A program made the position numbers and the translations under genes. Under the pieces are notes generated by a model, which saw only the letters and a list, made by a program, of their open reading frames with translations, did no database searches and had not been told where the DNA came from. Shown one piece after another: positions 1 through 13,200 of a stretch of 61,946 nt of DNA. The stretch's first letter is position 1. The number at the start of each line of letters is the position of its first letter. The stretch covers positions 1 to 61,946 of the forward strand of contig KE560847.1 of assembly GCA_000442015.1 (NCBI GenBank), written 5' to 3'. Source of the stretch: Rozella allomycis CSF55 (taxonomy: Eukaryota).

Positions 1-525
1 ATCCAAAAGCTCCCTCAAAATACCTTTACCTATTTCGAGCTACTGAACAGCGGCCTTGTCGAATCGCGCATCGACCGAATAAAGCTGCGGAACCGATTCC
101 TGGCCCTGCAGCGGCAGGTGCATCCTGACAATTTCAGCAGTGCGGATTCCGACCAGAAGAATATTAGTGAGGGGATTTCGTCGTTGATTAACAAGGCGTA
201 TCAAACGCTGTCTGATCCGATTTTGACGATCGAGTATGTGTTGGAGATTAATGGGAAGAATACGAGGGAAGATGCTAGGTTTGTGGATACAGAGTATTTG
301 GCGAGTGTGATGGAAAAGATGGAGGAGATTGAAGAGTGTGAAGAGGTTGGTATGTGTAAAGAGCTGATGAAGGAGCAGTTGAAGGAGATGAAAGAGTTGG
401 AAGATAAGATGCATGATTGTTTGGAGAGAAGGGATTATTTAAAGTGTCAGTCGTATTTGACAATGTATTATTACAAGAGGAGAGCGTTTAATGCGTGTAG
501 TGAGAAACTTGACGAACTGCAATAA
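1..525 (+). CDS. HSCB: HscB/Jac1 Fe-S cluster J-domain co-chaperone (5' partial)
   Basis: The upstream frame reads YFELL...RFLALQRQVHPDNFS (J-domain HPD motif), then SSLINKAYQTLSDP and an HscB C-terminal helical domain (FL..VMEKMEEIE). Confidence 0.9.
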   Translation: MQKLPQNTFTYFELLNSGLVESRIDRIKLRNRFLALQRQVHPDNFSSADSDQKNISEGISSLINKAYQTLSDPILTIEYVLEINGKNTREDARFVDTEYLASVMEKMEEIEECEEVGMCKELMKEQLKEMKELEDKMHDCLERRDYLKCQSYLTMYYYKRRAFNACSEKLDELQ

Positions 526-620
526 CAATTTTGAACACAAAAGAGTCGTAAATCATTCATTCAAATTCTATCTACAAATTCTACATTAATAAATCATAAA
601 TTTCAAACAAATTTCAATTG

Positions 621-3600
621 TTATTTATTGATGAATGATTTGATCATTTCTTTAACAATTTGATCACTTTCAGTACTCGAAATATCAACTAGCCTCCTCA
701 CAACAATTTGATGATCAAAATGCTGTTCAATTAAACCCAACAATTCCAAAGCGGCCTGTTTCAATGAACTATATTTAGAATAATTAATCAAATCCAAAAT
801 AACAATTAAAAATTCTCTTGGCGGTGCAAATCTCGAAAATCTCACAAACAATTTCTTTAAAGATTCAATAGCCGCTGAATGAATCAACCAAACATGCGGC
901 GTCTTTAAAACATTTTCAATCAAACTAAAAACAACATTAACCTGTCTTTCAGCATCTATCATTACCATTAAAATTTATTAGTTTACTTGATGGTAAAATC
1001 AAAATGATTCCCTTGACAGCATTAGCCATCATCGAAACAAGAATAGGTTTATCATCCTGCTCATCTCTAATCACAACAGTTTCCAACACCTCTCTAAACA
1101 ATTCAAAAGTTTCCTCAAATTTATCAATCCCAATTTGATCAACGAAATTCGCCAACTGAAGCAGCGAATAATTCTTGTATTTAAGATTCTTCTTGCCAGC
1201 CTCCCTCAAATGAATCTTTCAACGCAAACCTATAAAATTACTTGGAAAGCCTCGTCACTTGGAAACCCATTCAATACCATCTGCACGGACAGACTAGTAA
1301 ACGCCATTAAAATTGCTTCTTTGCCATCCCACGTCTTGCCTTGCAACGCTTCTTTAAGCAATCCAAACAATCTAGCTGAAAATGGTTCAATAAACTTCCA
1401 TTCTATTAACCAAACTCTATTTCATTACCACTCTTGTTTATAAAAGCAGCAAGCGTTAATCCAGCCTGTTTTTTAATCTTCCAGTCGTTTGAATGAATAA
1501 TTTCAATAAAATCTACAAATTCTTTCACATACTCTGTAATAATCAACCCTTGTAATAACCGTTGTATTTGATTACTTTGGGGAATGTGATTGTTGAATGT
1601 TTTCCAATGATCATTATCGTCGTCAAAAGAACCAAAAAATGATATTGGGAGAATGGAAGAGTAGTGGTGTTTCAAGCAATCGGAATTTCTGTTGTGTATT
1701 TCTGTTAGAGTGTATGGAAAGAGAAAGGAGGATTGTTCAAAGTAAAGTTTTTTTAAATGATTGATAAAAGTGGATTGCACTTTTGATGAAGCGTTGATGA
1801 AAACAAAGGAAGCTGATTCAGCGTAGAGGGATGTTAAGAGTGAGTTTTTGTCGTTGAGAATACCAGAGATTGCGTATAATAGTTTATCGCAGTCTGATTG
1901 AGAGAATAAGTCTTGTCTTTTAGAGAATAATAGAACAATGAAGCGAGCACAGCCCACTTTTGAGGGTAAACCGACTGATTGAAAATAGTTGAATAAAATT
2001 ACTTGTTTTCTTTATTAAATGAATTAAATTATCTAAAAGATCGTTATTAGAGTCTATTTGATCAATTAGAGATTCAATTGCAGATAGAGAGGGAGATTGT
2101 TTTGTTAGTTGGATGCGTAGTTGATCCAAGTCATTTAAGTGGAATGAAGCGTAATTGAAGATTGAAGGTTCTAATTCAGATAAAGATTCTAATAATTTTG
2201 ATATTAAAGGGATAATGAATGGTTTTAAAGTAGAAGAAGAAGATTTACAAATAGAGAGAATAATTTTTAAACTGAAAGATCTAACTTGATCAACACTTGA
2301 AGACAATCCACTATTCAACAAGAAAGGAATTGTACACTCAAGAGTATTAGAGGTGTTAGAGGGAGAAGTGGAGGGTGAAGAAGTAGAAGGAGAGTTAGAA
2401 GTAGAAGGTGAAGTAGTTTCAACTTGCTCAACAGTGTGATGACTCTCAAAAGTATTACTACTCGTAACTGCCGCATTTCCATTATCATATCCAATGTCGG
2501 TTAATGTGAGGTTGCCGAGTGTGGTACAGGTTGAGATTGCAGCTAAACGAACAGATTCTTTTAAATCATCTAAACAATTAAAAGTATTTCTCCAACATTT
2601 CTTTAAATCATCTTGATTGATTAAATTTAATCTTTTTCCTTTTAATAAATCAGATAAAGCCAAACAAGAAGATTCTCTAACTTTCCATTGAAAATTTTCC
2701 ATTCCAGTTAAACATTCAATTAATATTTCATTGAAACAACTTTATGAATTTAAAACTTGTGGGTTTTACTCTTGAATTAAATTTTTAGTGTTGAATGAAT
2801 TGAAAATCTTTTTCATTGTTTCTCTAACTTTGATTGATGGATCAAAATTGAATCTGTAAAGTTTTGGTAAAATTTTCTTTTTTTCTTTTTCAAAGATTGG
2901 ATTAAAATATTTATTTAAATTTTCTGAATTATAATTTGAACTAATATTCATAAATTGATAAATTAATTCTGGATTCTCTATTCCATTAACAAGGGTCATC
3001 AATTCATTTAATGAATTCACTTCACTTGCATTTGTATCATTTAAACTCTTTATTAATAAATTTAGCATTTTATTTCTCAATATTGAATTCCCCACTGAAA
3101 ACAAAACAGCCATTCCTTTATAAAGGAGGGATAAAGTATTTACCTATTATTAAGAAGAAGTTAGAGGTTACCTATTAGAACTCTTAAAACATTTCATTAC
3201 CTATGTTAACTATTTAAACCATCTCTTTACCTTTGGCTGATGTTTGAGTCGTAATTTCTTCCTTTTCTTTCAACATTTGAATTAAAAATTCATGAATCTT
3301 TTCAATCTTTTCTTCATTCAATTTGTCACCTAAATGTTCCAAAACACAAACAATCCAAATTGTTAAATTTCTCTTTACTATTTGTCTTGTTTCATTTTCA
3401 TTCAATCTAATCAACTCATCAATCAATATTTCATTAAATATTTCAAGTGTTTTATGACTATTACATAATTCAATTGCTTTATGACTATTACATAATTCAC
3501 TATCTATTTCACCCTTCACCTCCACTTTCACCTCTACTTTCCATTGATTGAATTGAGGGGATCTCTCTTTCCCTATTAAAATACTCAACATTTCTCCAAT

Positions 3601-5867
3601 TATTAATTGAATCGCCATTGATTTCTCACTCTTAAAACTTTCAATCTCTTTCATCAACTCTTCTTCTCTTCGCATATAAATAAAAGCCAAAACTCTTCCA
3701 ACAAACTCTAAATTCTTTTCCTTTCCACTCTTGAACATTTTCATCAACAATTCTTCAATCTCTTTAAAACATTCAATCTCTTTCAATTCTTCATTAAAAC
3801 TTTGCATTTTAATAACATTTTCTAAACTTTGACATCCAACTGCAATTCTCCCACTTTCCAGAAATTTCAAAATTATTTTCATGAAATTTCCAAAATCTTC
3901 TCTTTTCAAATTAAACGAATGAAACATCAAAATTCCACATTCTTCTTCTTCTCTAACATTACTCAATTTTATTTCAACTAATTTCTCAAGTGGCTCATTT
4001 GGATATATTCCATTTCTAGATAAAATAAAAGTCAACATTCTCTGCAATTGAAATGGTCCATTCTTTACATAATTAGAAAATAACTTTAAATCTTTATGAC
4101 CCTTGCAATAGAAATCTAAAAATAATAAAAATAAACAAGATGAATATGAAAAATTCAAATAAATCCAATCAATCCACTCATCCACAATTTCTCTCTCTAA
4201 AATACTCTCCATCAACTCATCATTCATTTCAACTCGCTTAAATACAATCAAATAATCTTCTGGCACATTAAACACTCCAACCATCGCTAACACATTCCTC
4301 TCTAGAAAATTAAACAAAACTTTCCATCCCTTTTCCTTTATCAAATTTCTCTTCTCTTTAATCTCTTCATTCAATTCTCTAAAATCAATCTTCATTCTCT
4401 CAGCCCTATACAGACAACTATACGCCTCTTCTTGCAAATCAACCAATTCATCCCCACAACAAACTACAAAACAACTCAAACTAAAACTATCATCCTCCTT
4501 AAACATCATTTTCAAACACTTTATTCCACTCATTTTACTCGCTTTAGTTTCATTCTACCCCTCAAGTCTATTTAAGAAATTTACTAATTGTTCAAACAGA
4601 AATTTCTTCATTTCCTTTTCATCAAAATACTTCAACGCCTTTGCCAACGATACAATACACTGCTGCACAGAATACACTATATTCTTATTCCCACTATCCC
4701 TCAACAACCCAAACATCCTCTTAACCATCTCCACCTGCCTCTCATACAACCCAGCCCTCTTATCAATCAAGACTGACAAACACTTGAAACTCAAATTTAT
4801 TAAATTCTCATTTTCTATCTCTCATCAAAACAAATTCATACCAAAACTACGCGCCAAATTCATCGCATTCTCAAACACAAATTTCTCCAAGCCACTCGCT
4901 AGTATTGGCGCAATGTTCTCTATCTGAAGATTCTCAATAACATTCAACACAAACTTTAAAACAGTCAACTGCAACCTCATATTGGTATGCTCGCCAAACA
5001 ATCCCTCAAATACAACTTTAATCGCTTCTGGCATCTTTTGTGACGCCCTCTGTGATTTCATCAGTGAATTCAACAGTTTAACCTTTATATTCGGATTATT
5101 CATTTTCCTCTCATTCTTTGAAAGCAGCCATCCGAAAATAATTTCAATAAACTACTATAGTTTCAACTATTAGTTACCCATTCATTTTCATAGTCTATTC
5201 TCTCAAGCTTTTTCATCGCCGTATCACTCTGATTGCCAATCTCACTGCCTTCCAACCCAACTCCAATAACAAACACAACCATCTTTTCAAACGACTCAAA
5301 CACACGCGTCTCCGACACAAACTCTACTATCCTTTGCTTCATTCCAACCAGCATCTTCGAATCAACACCACCCTGATTATTCACCATACTCTTATCACCC
5401 TCCGACAGAACATTGCTCGGATACAACAGAAACACACACAAAGCATCAATAAACACCCTCCTCGTTTCAAGATCAACATCAAACCGCTCCCCCCTCATCT
5501 CATCCAACGAACATATCACCCAATTCACCAAATAACTCTTATACAGCACATTCAGCGGTCGACTCAGTCCTCTCAAAACAACCCACATTGCCTTCTTCTC
5601 GTCCCCCTTCATCCGCTTAAACGCTGCATCAGCTACAAGCATCCCTATCGGATGGTACTTGGTCTTTATCACATCGTACACCGCATAGAAATTTATAAAC
5701 ACGTTCGCGTCCAGCTTTATTCGCTTCAGCAGCATTGATAACAGCTGCGTCGTGCGCGCATCCAATGGAAGCTTTAGAAGGTCTAGAAGGTAGAGGTCAC
5801 ATATTTTTTGTAGTTGCGCGGTTGATTCGGCAAACGCTAGTTGCCATTCGCAATCGTCCAAATTCAT
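621..5867 (-). CDS. ECM29: Proteasome adapter Ecm29 (HEAT repeats), multi-exon
   Basis: Consecutive minus-strand ORFs carry Ecm29 hallmarks: ILPKLYRFNFDP, QWKVRESSCLALSDLL, LDDLKESVRLAA, LLESLSELEP. Confidence 0.9.
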
Positions 5868-6034
5868 GTCTAAGCCTCATTTAGGGATGAACTTGGAATG
5901 AATCTATATTCTTTACTAGCATTAATTTAAGATCAAAATTTATTAGATTTAAATTAAACATGTCGCCACGAATTCCTTTATTTTGTGAAAGCCTTTATTT
6001 TGACGTATTTCAAGAATCCAAGCCACCTAGGTCT

Positions 6035-7538
6035 ATGACTTTTACGCACAGAAAACGTAAAGGAAAAGATGCACTGCGTAAGAAAAATTTCTATAAATAA
6101 CAGAGGGCGGTGTAAATTTCCACTGCAACGGTTGTCACAAAGATATAACACATATCGTCAGAATATGCTGTGCAGTGTGTGCAGATACGCATATCTGTGT
6201 AGAGTGCTTCAGCGCAGGTGCAGAGTTCCATTCACATTTAAATACACATCCCTACAGAGTGTTTGTAATTTGATATTTGTTGCGAAACTAGGATACACTT
6301 CAAACCACGATATACACTGAAGACTGGTCTGCAGAAGAAGAATGGTTTCTCCTGGAAGGAATTGAAACAATGGGAATGGGAAATTGGCAGGGTATCAGCG
6401 AAGTGGTTGGAACAAAGACAAGGGAGGAGTGTGAGAAGCATTATTTTGATATTTATGTGACCAGCGACGAATTTCCACTGCCGGTATGTACATGAATGAT
6501 TATTAATAGTAGAAAAATGTATCAAATGATCGTGAATTGTCAATGGAAGCGAAAATTCTTACAAAGGATGGTCTTGAATGGCTAGGGAAAGAAAAGTTTG
6601 AAAAGGCCATAAATTCGTATCCAGAAATACCAAAATTGACGTCAGTTCCTGCAAACCATGAAATACAAGGGTACATGCCTTTAAGAGGAGAATTCGATTA
6701 TGAACAAGAACAAGAAGCTGAAATGTCGGTTAAAGATATTTCCTTTCATGAAGATGATTCAGCCTCTGAAGTTGAACTTAAATTAACAATGCTTGAAATT
6801 TACTACGACAGATTGAATAGAAGATACGAGAAACGTGACTTTGTTTTGACGAGGGGGTTCACTGACTATAAAAAGATGCAAACCATTGAAAAATCTAGAT
6901 CTAAAGAAGAAAGAGATATTTTGAATACAATGAAGCCGTTTGCTAGATTCATGACCCCTGGAGATTTCAATGATTTCTGTTCTGGATTGTTCGCAGAGAA
7001 AGAATTGATGAATCGCTGTGCCCTTTTACAAGAATGCAGGAAAATGGGATTCACTACCCTTGCTCAAGTGGAAGCGTACGAAAAGGAGAAAATATTAAGC
7101 AAAGACCCCAATTACAAAAGAAAAGAACCATCAGTTTCGCCTTATGTCAAACCACCAAAATTAGTTATTAGAGCGTCTGGTTCAACTGATGTTGGATCCA
7201 TCGCTGACTTTCTTAGCGGGGCTAAAGGAGGGAGGATGTTTGGTAATCAAGATGCTTTGATATCAATAGGAACTCCACTGGACATGAACAATACAGACGG
7301 CGCTGAATTGCTGTCGCCTAAAGAAAGAGAACTTTGCGGAATGCTACGATTGAATCCCAAGTCTTATTTAAATGTTAAAGATACCCTAATGGCAGAATAT
7401 CACAAACAAGGGCATCTGAAAAGAGCAAAGGCAAGGCAAATGATTAAAATAGACGTCAACAAGACTGGCAAGCTTTATGACTTTTTTGTTAAATGCGGGT
7501 GGATTAAAAATCAATTTCCTCCATCAGTGCAGAATTAA
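6035..7538 (+). CDS. ADA2: SAGA subunit Ada2 (ZZ, SANT, SWIRM)
   Basis: The spliced N-terminus MTFTHRKRK leads into a ZZ finger (HCNGC..CAVC..CVEC), a SANT domain (DWSAEEEWFLLEGIETMGMGNW), GYMPLRGEFDYE and a SWIRM end (KIDVNKTGKLYDFF). Introns at 6078-6103 and 6265-6291. Confidence 0.95.
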
Positions 7539-7556
7539 ATAAATTTTTATATTTTA

Positions 7557-8728
7557 TTACATTTTATTTTCGTGTAAATTGATTGAAGGATCGAATGGGT
7601 GAACAATGTCATCATCAAACTGAAGATACAAGCCATCAAAAGCCAATCTTACATAATGACCAGTTTCATTCTCGTATAATTCTAATTTCTTTGTCATTTT
7701 ATCATGTTCAGTCGAATGCGACATTCCAACCAGAAATGTAACTTCTGGTTTAATCGTTTCAATCACTTGGATGCATTGATCAAAAGTAAAATGACTTTTA
7801 TGATAAGAATTTGAATCCCCTACAATAATATTTTTGACTGAATACCTTTTAACATATCTAATATTAAGACTTTAGTAGTTCCCTTCATCTCCCCTAAACC
7901 TTGTTCAGATATTTTGCTAACATCTGAAATGTATGAAATTCCTTTAAAGTGAAAAGAAAGACACATGAAAGGCTCAGTTTCATTCTTAATGCCATGCTCA
8001 ACTACTTTAACCCATGCCAAATGAGTACCTGGAAGTGGCAAAACGTCAACTCCACAAACTTCAAACGTTTTATTCCATTCAATCATTCTGAAAGATATAT
8101 CTGAAACATCTCCGCCTCCAGTTGCGCACTCTTTATTAACCAAGTACGGGAATGCCTGCGCTATTGTAGAAAACGTTTGTTGATCACAATACACAGCGGC
8201 GTTCTCTTGAAGAACCATTGTCCATTGTCGTAACTCGTCAAGTCCGAAACAAGCATCTGCATGTGGATGAGTTAAAACAACACCATCAATAAATGGCGCA
8301 AATTGTTTATTGGCTTGTAAAAATGGCAACAATATTGAGATTGCTGAATCATAAAAAGTCTTATAAACATTTGCCCTATTACTTTACCTTGCCACAATCT
8401 ATAATAAACATCTTTGTAGAATAGATTTCTTTTCTATTATGATATGTCTGAAATCTGGCAGTTTGTTCCGATGCATTGGCCTCCCTTAATTTTTCGTTAT
8501 GTTCCGAATCAAAGAATACAGCTATACTGGTATTTCTCCTCCTATTCTTTGAGTACATATATTGAGCGGATTTGCATGTGATACAAGAAATGGGGCATCT
8601 AGTCAGGCAATGAATAGCTGGAACACAGGATGACGTTCCTTATGTTTGGGTATCATCCAATTTATACCTGTTCCAAGAAATAGGATTCCTTTGATTGGGG
8701 ATGGTAGTTTTATCCTCAAAATTTCCAT
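7557..8728 (-). CDS. Metallo-beta-lactamase fold hydrolase (PhnP-like)
   Basis: Motifs FLGTG-TSS, IDCGK, THPHADA, YISDVS, GMSH and AFDGL occur across exons. Confidence 0.85.
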
Positions 8729-8983
8729 TGTGAAATATTCAAAAATCAAAACGGGGTTTTAAAATGGGGCAATCATTTGGCTGTTCATTTATGGTTTGAT
8801 AAGAGATTCATTCCTTATTTTTTACAGACACCGATGATGCGAATTGCGAAAGTGTCCTCTTTATGATGGGTAGCCAGGTCATATAAATGACTGTTCCATT
8901 GTATTCAAACATTCGTTCAAGAAATCTAGTGAACTAGTGATTAAATAATCTCTTTAAAATTTCTTTAATAAAGTATTTTATTT

Positions 8984-10682
8984 CTAAAAGGCAAACCCGT
9001 TTTGAGGTACCTTGATCGAATTCGGTTCAAAATCAAATATCATTTGGCCTTGGTTTTCGACATTAAGATCCAAATCATCGTCCTCGTTAAAATAATTGCA
9101 TATTATCTCTTGGCATTTGAAACTTATTTCATTCTTGTCGTGATTCAATAACTGCTCGATAGTTTGTAACCCTCCGATCTCTTCTATTTCAGTTTTATAT
9201 ACATTCGTTGAAGATTCATTAATTTGTTTGAAGTGTTCCCCGACTTCTAATATGTTCTCCAGTGCCTCTAATAAAATTTGGACAAGTTCAGCATCGGCAA
9301 TCCTTAACGTATCACAGAGGTGCTTAATTGAACCTTGAATCACTAGATACCTATATATACAATTAATGCATTAATTACTTTGTTTGGTCGGGGTACTTGT
9401 ATTTCTGAGATGTTGCGTTTGCAATTACTTGACACACTTGCGCTTTTACTTTATAATCAAAACGTTTCGCTGTTTGTATCATTAGAGGAATGATGGAAGA
9501 ATTAATAATTGCCTGAATCTGCTCAGGATTACCGGCAGCAAGATTTGAGATTACCCAGCAAGTTTCTCGAATTAAATTTCTCGAAGGGTGCTGCAATAAC
9601 CTAAATGAGGTTTTTAGAAATCCAGAGTTGATGATTTCCTGATAAAAACTACAAATTTATATTACATTAGCATGAGAATCCAGTCCAAAGGCGACATTTC
9701 CTATGACCCTTAATGCAGGTCTGAGATATGAATCATCATTGGCAGTGTCGAGTATTTGAATCAGTTTTCGAATTATTCCCACATTAACAACTAACTCAAC
9801 AAATACATTTGTATTTTCAGTTAAATAATCCAATGCCCAACAAGCATCAGATTGAATGTCTGAATCCGGAAAGTCTAATAACATATTTACACCAGAAATT
9901 ATTTGATCTGAAAATCGGGCTCTTGTTGTCTCTCCAACACTCTCTTTTCGGCATAGATTTGTTAGAGTCCAAACACAACTATTAAGCATACTTTCATCAC
10001 AAGAGGATGGATTCTTGTGAGCGAGTGATATGTAACTTAATATTGGATCTAAAATTCCGCACTCAAATAGATAACTTCTACATTCGTCCGTATCAGACGC
10101 AATGTTTCCTAAAGCCCAGATAGCCTATTTAGGTTATGTAAAACTATGTACTTTCATCATCATTTCCGAAACTCCTGAACTAAATTGTTGTATAATGTCA
10201 GGCACACATCCGCTTAAAATTACAGCGTTTGTATGTGCTGTTGTGCCGGAAGATATTATGTTGATTAAATGCATTGCTTCATATTGAATTTCTCTTACAG
10301 CATCCCAATTTATTTGTTCGATCTGATCGTATTTTATTGGTACGATGATATCTGCGCATATTTTGAGCACTCCAGCTGATATAGCGATGTCTGATATCTC
10401 CTTTACATCATCAAGAAGTAATCGCCGCATTTCAATAATAGAATTCAACTTCACTTGAAGATCTGATTGCTCCATGCCTTTAACAATTAAAGGGACCTTA
10501 GCCTTTATTTCTTCCAATTTCATTTTTTCAAACATTTCTTCTGATTGGATACGCTTTTTCTGTTGTTGAAGCTCCCTATAGTTTTTGCTCAATTCAATCT
10601 TATGTTGATCTCTCCTTCTCCTCATCTCATCCTTCGTCAAAGCATTATTTTTGAAACTAAGACGAGTCCTCTGTGATGCCAT
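8984..10682 (-). CDS. Importin alpha, paralog A
   Basis: IBB domain (EMRRRRDQHKIELSK), ARM repeats (WALGNIA, WTLTNLCR, WVISNLAAGN) and C-terminus VPQNGFAF. Confidence 0.9.
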
Positions 10683-10839
10683 TACCGGAACATTTTTAAG
10701 CAACAACTTAAATTAGAATGATAACGCATGTTTGTCTAATTTTGGATTACTTAGAGTCATGTTGAAACAAACTTCTCTTAAATGCTTAAAAAGACTTTTT
10801 TTATTTATAAAGTCTGAATAAAATACATATTACATAAAT

Positions 10840-12595
10840 ATGTTCTTCTTTGAGACTTCGGAAGTAGCATATTCTCCGATGCCTTCACAATTGCCTCAAA
10901 ACATCAAGAACCGCCAAGCAGTATATAAAAATAACGCTTTCAGCAAGAACTTATTGAGGCAAGTTCGTGACCAGAATTTAGTAGAAATTAGAAAATCAAA
11001 GCAGATAGAAGAACTTCAAAAGCGAAGAGGTATCTCGTCGTCTAGAGAATTGGAATTCGAATTTGAAAAAGAGGACGTTGATATTACCCAACTGGAATAT
11101 CATACTTTGAGATTAGATTCAACAGATATTAATGAAATTGCAGATTCAGCGAAGCATTTACGTATTGCTCTTTCAAGATTTTCTAATCCACCAATAGCCA
11201 CAGTCTTAACATTCGGCATATTAGAGAAATGCGTCAAGTTAATGCACCCATTTACGGGAGATATGGGTATTGCGCCTGCCGAAAGAGAATTGATAAAGAG
11301 CATACAATTTGAAATAGCATGGATTATAACTAACATAGCATCTGGAACTTCGTATCAAACACTAGCCGTGGCAAGAAGTGGAATTATTCCTGACTTGCTT
11401 TATCATTTTATTAATGGAGACGACGAAATGAAGGGGCAGGTAATTCACTATATTGTATTGTACAGGTTATATGGGCATTTGGGAACATTGCAGGAGACGA
11501 CTCTACATGTCGTAATATACTTTTCAATAGCGGGGTTCTGAATGCGGTTCTTGATTTTATTAAAATACTCATTAATGGACAAAGAGACATTGATATTTCA
11601 ATATTTAGGAATTGTGTATGGACTTTGTCCAATCTTTGCCGAAAAGATGCGTCTGACGAAGATCAACAACAGACCAGACTAGAATTTTGCGCTAAAGTTT
11701 ATCCTATTTTAAAAATGCTCTTGTTTTGCTCCGATGACACAATTTTGACAGATACTCTATCAGCAATAGGGCATTTGACAGATGGCGAGATAGAAGAAAT
11801 AGAAATCGCCATTCAACTAGACATTCCACCAATATTGGTAGATGTATTAGGCTCAAAAGGGTCAGATTCAATTACAAAAGCAGCTATGAGAGCGATCGGG
11901 AACATAGTCACTGGAGATGACAACCAGACCCAAGTAAGATACTAGGGAATGTAGAACTTTAGGCAATAGTTAACGCCGGCTTTTTAAATGTGTCGCATAA
12001 AATTCTTGAATGCAAGCACAGAAGTATAATACGAGAATGTTGTTGGACGATTTCGAATATTGCGGCCGGAACGGAACTTCAAGTTCAAGCCGTTATTGAT
12101 TCGTGTTTGGTGCCAAGGTTGCTGGATCTTTTGAAAACATCAGAATTTAAAATACAAAAAGAAATTTGTTGGGCAATCTCTAATTTAACTTCTAAAAGGC
12201 TTGATTGTCCTTCTCAAACTCAGTAACAAGAAATGCATTCCTTAATTAGCTATGTCGTTCGCCAGGGATGCATAGGCGCTCTTTGTAAAATGTTAGATTG
12301 CGGCGACACAAGAATAATTCAGGTGATTTTGGATGCAATTGAAAACATTTTGATTGTTGGCGAAGCTTTCACGGATCAACAAGGTGCCAATCAATATGCC
12401 GTTGTAATTGAAGAAGAGGGCGGGCTAAGTAGAATTGAAAACCTTCAGAATCATCAGAAAGAAGAAATATACGAGAAATGCAAACTTATTATAGACAAGT
12501 ATTATTCAGAAGAAGTTGATTTAGCCTGTGATCCACCCGAGTTCTCGATGTTAACCGACAACATCTCAGTTCCCGCAGAAGGCTTTGCATTTTAA
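10840..12595 (+). CDS. Importin alpha, paralog B
   Basis: IBB domain (VEIRKSKQIEELQKRR), QFEIAWIITNIASG, WAFGNIAGD, WTISNIAAG and C-terminus VPAEGFAF. The true start may be the downstream MPSQ. Confidence 0.9.
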
Positions 12596-12694
12596 AATTT
12601 AAATATTAAAGAATAAATAGTATTTATATTCTTTAGTTTTACTTGTGTTGCAACTAGAAACTATTTTGCGATACCCCGGTTATACAAATTACGA

Positions 12695-13048
12695 ATGACA
12701 AACTCTAACGAAACAGATAAAGTACAAACTTTGCTTCGAATATCACTTTCAGACACCGACAAACTTATAAATTCATGGATTCCAACATCATACAAAGATG
12801 CGCCCAAAGAGCCAAAGGCTCTTTCAATATATATTCCTGGAACAGGCTTAGGATATATAAAGAAAAATAATGAAAAGAAATCTGCTGACGCGAAAAAGAC
12901 AAAAAAGATACATGAAGCTGTTCTTGGTAAGAAGAGGAAAGAAAATCACAAAATGTCAGATCAAAATATTCGGAGATCTTCATTTATGAATGAAGAAGAG
13001 AGTGACGAAGAAACCTCTAGAGCAAGTTCAATTAAAAGAAGAAAGTAG
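12695..13048 (+). CDS. Small basic protein, DUF3245-like
   Basis: The pattern LINSWIP...GLGY...VLGKKRK is recalled from the fungal DUF3245 family. Single exon. Confidence 0.5.
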   Translation: MTNSNETDKVQTLLRISLSDTDKLINSWIPTSYKDAPKEPKALSIYIPGTGLGYIKKNNEKKSADAKKTKKIHEAVLGKKRKENHKMSDQNIRRSSFMNEEESDEETSRASSIKRRK

Positions 13049-13200
13049 ATTCTGTTTTATTTCAGATGGTTTATTATGCGCAACTAAAATTCAAGTCTTT
13101 ATAAACCATACCATCATTTTAATTTAAATAAAAATTAACTAACAAAATGTTTAATTCATTCATTTATCTTTTTGAAAATTTCAAAGATCCAATACGTCTA

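Noticed and set aside
3450-3500. Short duplicated segment in Ecm29 (ELCNSHK x2)
   Set aside because: An ordinary in-frame coding micro-duplication in a variable loop.
621-5867. Fragmented ORFs as pseudogenes or an alternative genetic code
   Set aside because: Breaks coincide with short GT-AG introns that restore the frame under the standard code wherever I checked.
8764-8866. Possible micro-gene MGQSFGCSFM plus a 34-nt intron-like segment
   Set aside because: Splicing yields only ~22 aa with no recognisable similarity, so it cannot be supported without transcripts.
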